NCBI GenBank assembly: GCA_014239505.1
Contig: JAAZYT010000173.1
Coordinates: 1 to 47,598, forward strand
Reading direction: 5' to 3'
Length of the DNA: 47,598 bases
From: Fidelibacterota bacterium
GTDB lineage: Bacteria; Fidelibacterota; Marinisomatia; Marinisomatales; TCS55
This document shows positions 43,824 through 47,598 of the stretch, in pieces. The notes under the pieces were generated by a model. The model saw only the letters and a list, made by a program, of their open reading frames with translations. It was not told where the DNA came from and made no database searches. The translations under genes and the position numbers were made by a program. Numbering within the stretch: position 1 is the stretch's first letter; each line of letters begins with the position of its first letter.

Positions 43824-46094
43824 ATTAATTTTACCTATAAATTAATTAATAAAATACTTGGTTATCCTAAAGTAACCTTATCGTTATTAATTACTATAAC
43901 CATTATACTTGGTAGTTTTCTACCTAGTATTAAAATGGATTTTTCAATTGAGCAATTATTTAGCCAGAACGATCCAGTCATTAGTAGATATTTAAATTTT
44001 CGTGAAGAATTTGATGGTGTAGATAATAGAATATTTTTACTCTATGAATCAGATGACCCATTTTCATATAATAATTTATTAAAAAATAAAAAAATGGTTC
44101 ATGCTTTTGAGAATATAGAAGGCATAAATAAAGTTATTAGTTTAACAAATATTGACTTATTCACTGATGGAGGTGAATATCTACTTTCTCCAGTCTATGA
44201 ATACATACCACAATCAATCGACTCATTGGAAAATGCAAAAGAACGTATTCTTAATTCTAAATTATTAACGAATTATTTAATCTCAGGTGATGGTAAAATT
44301 GCTTCTATTGTTTTAGAAGTTTCTGATATATATAATGAGCATGATAGTCGAGAATCTATTGTTAGGCAGATTGATGAATTGCAATTAGGAACAGATTGGA
44401 CTTGGCATCAAACTGGTCTTCCAATAATTAGAACTCGTTATGTGCAATATATGATTGCAGATAATATCACTTTTTTGTTTCCAGTTCTAATTATGCTAAT
44501 TTTTTTATTAACAATTTTATTTAGATCTTTAGTAGGATTAGTTTTGCCATTAATTGTTGTTTTATTAACAATAATATGGACACTAGGTTTTATGACTGCA
44601 TCTGGTATAACCATTAATATAATTAGTTATATTATTCCTACCTTATTAATGGTTGTTGGTATAAGTGACTCAGTTCATTTTTTAGTAAAATATTATAATA
44701 CTTTGTATTTAGTTGGAAACAAAAAAGAAGCTTTAACTCAGACATTGCAAAAAATTGGAACAGCTATATTTTTAACAAGTATTACAACCGCAATAGGCTT
44801 TGGTGCTTTATCAATGGTGAATATAGAAATAGTAAAAGAATTTGGTATTTTTACAGCACTTGGAGTTTTTTTTGCATTTATAATTACGGTTTTATTTATA
44901 CCATCAACACTGATGCTATTAAGCAAAACACCTAAAACAAAACTAGATGCATATTCACGCGGCTATAGGGTTAAAGTTGTTAATAGATTAATACTAATAG
45001 TTAGGAATCATCCCAAAATAATAATCTTGACTGGAATTATGATAACTATAATTGGCTTATTTGGAGCCCTTCAAATAAATCCACATTCTAAGTTATTAGA
45101 TGATCTTCGGCCGGGTAATGCTCTTTTAGAAGATATGCGATTAGCTGAAAATAAAATGGGATCTGTTTTACCTGTAGAAATTATTATTTCAATCGATGAA
45201 AATAATAATTTTCAAGACATTCAAGATATAGCAGTTATATCATTTGCAGATGATTTAGCTACATATATTTCAAAAATACCAGAGATTGGCAAAGTAGTTT
45301 CTGTTAGTGATTATTTAAAAGCAATAAACCAAGCCATGAATGAGGGTACTAAATCTTTTTATAGTTTACCGTCATCAAGAGAAGTTATTTCTCAGTATAT
45401 GCTTTTGTATGATAGTGAATTTAATTCACTAATTAATTCAGATTTAACAAAACTTAGGGTAGCAGCACAAATAAAAGATATTGATTCACGCAGAAGTGCT
45501 GAAATTGAAAAAGAAATAAATACATATATAGATACTGTAATTCCAAATGGCATGACCGCTGAAGTAACTGGCACTGCTTTTCTTGCTTTAAGAACAAATA
45601 ATTATTTAGTTAAAAATTTATTAGCGAGTTTTTTGGTTGCATTAATTATTATAACATTCTTGATGGTTATTTTATTTCGATCAATTAAAATGGCTTTCAT
45701 ATCAATTCTTCCTAATATTATTCCAATGATGGTAATGGCTGCAGTTTTAGGCTTTTTACAAATTCCCTTAAGACCTGCAACTGCTATGACTTTTGCAGTA
45801 GCTTTTGGTATAGCCGTAGATGATACACTTCATTACTTAATTCGCTACAGAATGGAACTATCTAATCGACATTATAGAGAAGCGAATGATTCAACAATGT
45901 TAGGAACGGGAATAGCAATGATGTCTACAACGGCTATTCTATCAGCTGGATTTTTAGTGTTAACTTTATCTACTTTCACCCCTACGGTCGAATTTGGAAT
46001 GTTGTCAGTGATAACAATTATTACTGCATTAATTGGAGATCTTACTTTCTTACCAGCTTTATTAAGCCAAATTAAACCCAAGATAAAGAATTAG
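43824..46094 (+). CDS. RND-superfamily exporter (MMPL/HpnN-like, two 6-TM sterol-sensing-type bundles); the 5' end is uncertain
   Basis: Two TM bundles separated by soluble domains. GISDSVHFL and GIAVDDTLHYL motifs. The track starts at ATG 43935, but the frame is open from 43821 and encodes the first TM helix (PKVTLSLLITITIILGSFL). Confidence 0.8.
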   Translation: MNFTYKLINKILGYPKVTLSLLITITIILGSFLPSIKMDFSIEQLFSQNDPVISRYLNFREEFDGVDNRIFLLYESDDPFSYNNLLKNKKMVHAFENIEGINKVISLTNIDLFTDGGEYLLSPVYEYIPQSIDSLENAKERILNSKLLTNYLISGDGKIASIVLEVSDIYNEHDSRESIVRQIDELQLGTDWTWHQTGLPIIRTRYVQYMIADNITFLFPVLIMLIFLLTILFRSLVGLVLPLIVVLLTIIWTLGFMTASGITINIISYIIPTLLMVVGISDSVHFLVKYYNTLYLVGNKKEALTQTLQKIGTAIFLTSITTAIGFGALSMVNIEIVKEFGIFTALGVFFAFIITVLFIPSTLMLLSKTPKTKLDAYSRGYRVKVVNRLILIVRNHPKIIILTGIMITIIGLFGALQINPHSKLLDDLRPGNALLEDMRLAENKMGSVLPVEIIISIDENNNFQDIQDIAVISFADDLATYISKIPEIGKVVSVSDYLKAINQAMNEGTKSFYSLPSSREVISQYMLLYDSEFNSLINSDLTKLRVAAQIKDIDSRRSAEIEKEINTYIDTVIPNGMTAEVTGTAFLALRTNNYLVKNLLASFLVALIIITFLMVILFRSIKMAFISILPNIIPMMVMAAVLGFLQIPLRPATAMTFAVAFGIAVDDTLHYLIRYRMELSNRHYREANDSTMLGTGIAMMSTTAILSAGFLVLTLSTFTPTVEFGMLSVITIITALIGDLTFLPALLSQIKPKIKN

Positions 46095-46150
46095 AATATT
46101 TATCTCATTAAGTATTATTTTAATTCACTTAACGATTAATTGAGTTTATT

Positions 46151-47598
46151 ATGAAATATCTAGTTGTTTGTTTTTTTGTTTTATCAATTACTTTTGTTCA
46201 TTCTCAGGATTATTTTCAACAAAAAGTTGATTATGATATAACTGTAAAACTTGATGATAATAATCATACATTATCTGCTTTTGAAAAAATAATTTATACT
46301 AATAATTCACCTGATGAGCTTTCGTTCCTTTGGTTTCATATTTGGCCTAACGCATATAAAAATGATTCTACAGCTTATGCAAAACAAGCTGGTCCTAATT
46401 CTAAGTTTGCTAATTCTGATTCATTGAGTCGTGGGTTTATTGATAGTCTAGATTTCTCAGTTAATGGTAAGAAAGTGGAATGGTCTTATCATCCTGATTG
46501 GGTTGATGTAGTGAAGTTAAATTTAATTGAACCACTTAACCCGGGTGAATCAATCACAATTGAGACACCTTTTTTTGTTAAATTACCTAAAGTTTTCTCA
46601 AGACTTGGTCATTCAGGTAAACATTATGAGATTACTCAGTGGTATCCTAAGCCAGCTGTTTATGATCGCAAGGGTTGGCATCCAATGCCTTACTTAAATC
46701 AAGGTGAATTCTTTTCTGAATTTGGGACTTTTGATGTAAAAATTACTCTTCCTAAAGATTATAGGGTAATGGCTACAGGAGATATAATAGATGGAGAAAA
46801 GGAATATTCATGGCTAGAGGGCTTAACATCAATAACAGACTCTTTGAATCGCTTACCAAAAAAAGAACTTAGTCAATGGATTAAGAAAAATCAAAAGACA
46901 AAGACTAAAGCGATAAATATAAGTGTAGGAGTTAAGCAAAATCTTTCTCCTCAAAAATCTTCAAAAAACTCTAATGCTGAACTGTCAACTTCTGAAGTTA
47001 AAACACTTCATTTTAGACAAAATAATGTTCATGACTTCGCATGGTTTGCAGATAAGAAATGGCTGGTTCAAAAAGGGGAGTTAACTCTTCCTAATTCATC
47101 TCGGAAAGTTACTTTATGGTCTTTCTATTTGCCAAAGAATGCTGAGACTTGGAGAAATTCAATTGAATATTTGCATGACTCGGGATATTGGTACAGTAGT
47201 TACTATGGTGATTATCCATATAACCATATAACGGCAGTGGATGGAGACTTATCTGCAGGTGGAGGAATGGAGTATCCTAATATTACAGTTATAGCTTCAA
47301 TGCCAAGCAAGCACCTTCTTGAAATGGTGATTATGCATGAGGTTGGGCATAATTGGTTCTATGGTATTATAGGTAGTAATGAACGCTATCATACTTGGAT
47401 GGATGAAGGTTTAAATGAATATTCTAGTATAAGATATTGGCAAGATAAATATAAAAATGATAATGAAAGATTTGTTGTAATTCCTTTAATCCAAGATAAG
47501 CTAGGAATAGCTAAAGACTTAAAATTTAGCTGGTTTGAGTATTTTCAATATTCTTTATCTGCAAAGAGCCAAAACGCTCAACCTTTAAATCTTAAGGC
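46151..47598 (+). CDS. Secreted M1-family (gluzincin) metallopeptidase, 5' partial; it runs off the window end
   Basis: My own translation gives MKYLVVCFFVLSITFVHSQ... as the signal peptide. It contains HEVGHNWFYG and WMDEGLNEY (HEXXH-X18-E). The frame is open to position 47598. Confidence 0.85.
   Translation, partial: MKYLVVCFFVLSITFVHSQDYFQQKVDYDITVKLDDNNHTLSAFEKIIYTNNSPDELSFLWFHIWPNAYKNDSTAYAKQAGPNSKFANSDSLSRGFIDSLDFSVNGKKVEWSYHPDWVDVVKLNLIEPLNPGESITIETPFFVKLPKVFSRLGHSGKHYEITQWYPKPAVYDRKGWHPMPYLNQGEFFSEFGTFDVKITLPKDYRVMATGDIIDGEKEYSWLEGLTSITDSLNRLPKKELSQWIKKNQKTKTKAINISVGVKQNLSPQKSSKNSNAELSTSEVKTLHFRQNNVHDFAWFADKKWLVQKGELTLPNSSRKVTLWSFYLPKNAETWRNSIEYLHDSGYWYSSYYGDYPYNHITAVDGDLSAGGGMEYPNITVIASMPSKHLLEMVIMHEVGHNWFYGIIGSNERYHTWMDEGLNEYSSIRYWQDKYKNDNERFVVIPLIQDKLGIAKDLKFSWFEYFQYSLSAKSQNAQPLNLK

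Noticed and set aside
3476-46081. All other 60-154-aa ORFs in the track that lie inside or antisense to large annotated genes. Examples: 3476-3682, 5705-6085, 6027-6230, 7264-7488, 7544-7732, 13416-13607, 15659-15850, 16395-16652, 17408-17698, 19321-20007, 23909-24094, 25734-25960, 27565-27819, 28639-28972, 29074-29259, 29526-29849, 30324-30653, 32157-32357, 32879-33127, 36114-36392, 38750-38941, 41143-41364, 41942-42166, 44738-44926, 45392-45574 and 45872-46081.
   Set aside because: Each is fully overlapped by a CDS with strong family signatures. Their translations are compositionally odd (Leu/Ser/Ile/Phe-rich shadow frames) and have no motifs. They are typical alternative-frame ORFs of an AT-rich genome.
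1-47598. I looked for CRISPR arrays, tandem repeats, IS elements or transposases, integrases, phage genes, toxin-antitoxin pairs and known defence-system genes.
   Set aside because: I saw no regularly spaced direct repeats, no transposase/integrase/recombinase-like translations, and no ATPase/nuclease/reverse-transcriptase combinations. The only repeat structures are the two small hairpin cassettes and the duplicated Fur-type boxes reported above.

Overview
This is a visibly AT-rich, densely coding bacterial chromosomal segment. The gene content suggests a marine FCB / Marinimicrobia-like organism: CarboxypepD_reg-type TonB-dependent receptors, paired secreted amidohydrolases and a Psr-like Mo enzyme. 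That taxonomic guess is inference only. I found no rRNA, tRNA, CRISPR array, integrase, transposase or recognisable defence genes.

Gene order, left to right:
- LolA-like gene fragment.
- A minus-strand Na/Pi symporter-PhoU-porin operon.
- A TetR-controlled beta-oxidation operon (acyl-CoA dehydrogenase, thiolase, FadN-type HADH/ECH fusion).
- An iron block: an FTR1 permease and a TonB receptor, each behind the same Fur-type 19-bp box.
- A TetR / TonB receptor / HmuY-like lipoprotein module.
- Two secreted amidohydrolases.
- LOG, OsmC and rpe-tkt-rpiB.
- A roughly 15-kb same-strand array (about 25.6-40.5 kb) described below.
- A divergent desulforedoxin-like Cys-rich miniprotein.
- A PerR-like regulator with rubrerythrin.
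- An HdrD/GlpC-like CCG Fe-S protein, DUF3501 and an RND exporter.
- A partial M1 peptidase.

The 15-kb array is the most interesting part. It encodes a Tat-less molybdopterin oxidoreductase preceded by a fused 4x[4Fe-4S]-NrfD membrane subunit. It also carries a complete, translationally coupled Moco pathway (mobA divergent; moaA, moaC-mog, moeA, rhodanese-moeB, moaD, moaE) with a TSUP/TauE permease embedded in it. Four accessory genes follow: an SLC13 permease, a tandem USP, a membrane-anchored GltB-like FMN protein and a PuuD-like membrane protein.

Three other observations stand out:
- Three envelope genes have conserved N-termini with no ATG/GTG/TTG start; ATT initiation is a candidate explanation.
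- Two hairpin cassettes are flanked by perfect direct repeats.
- An anti-SD-rich structured element sits in a convergent intergenic gap.

All calls come from reading the translations and the DNA by eye. No searches were run.
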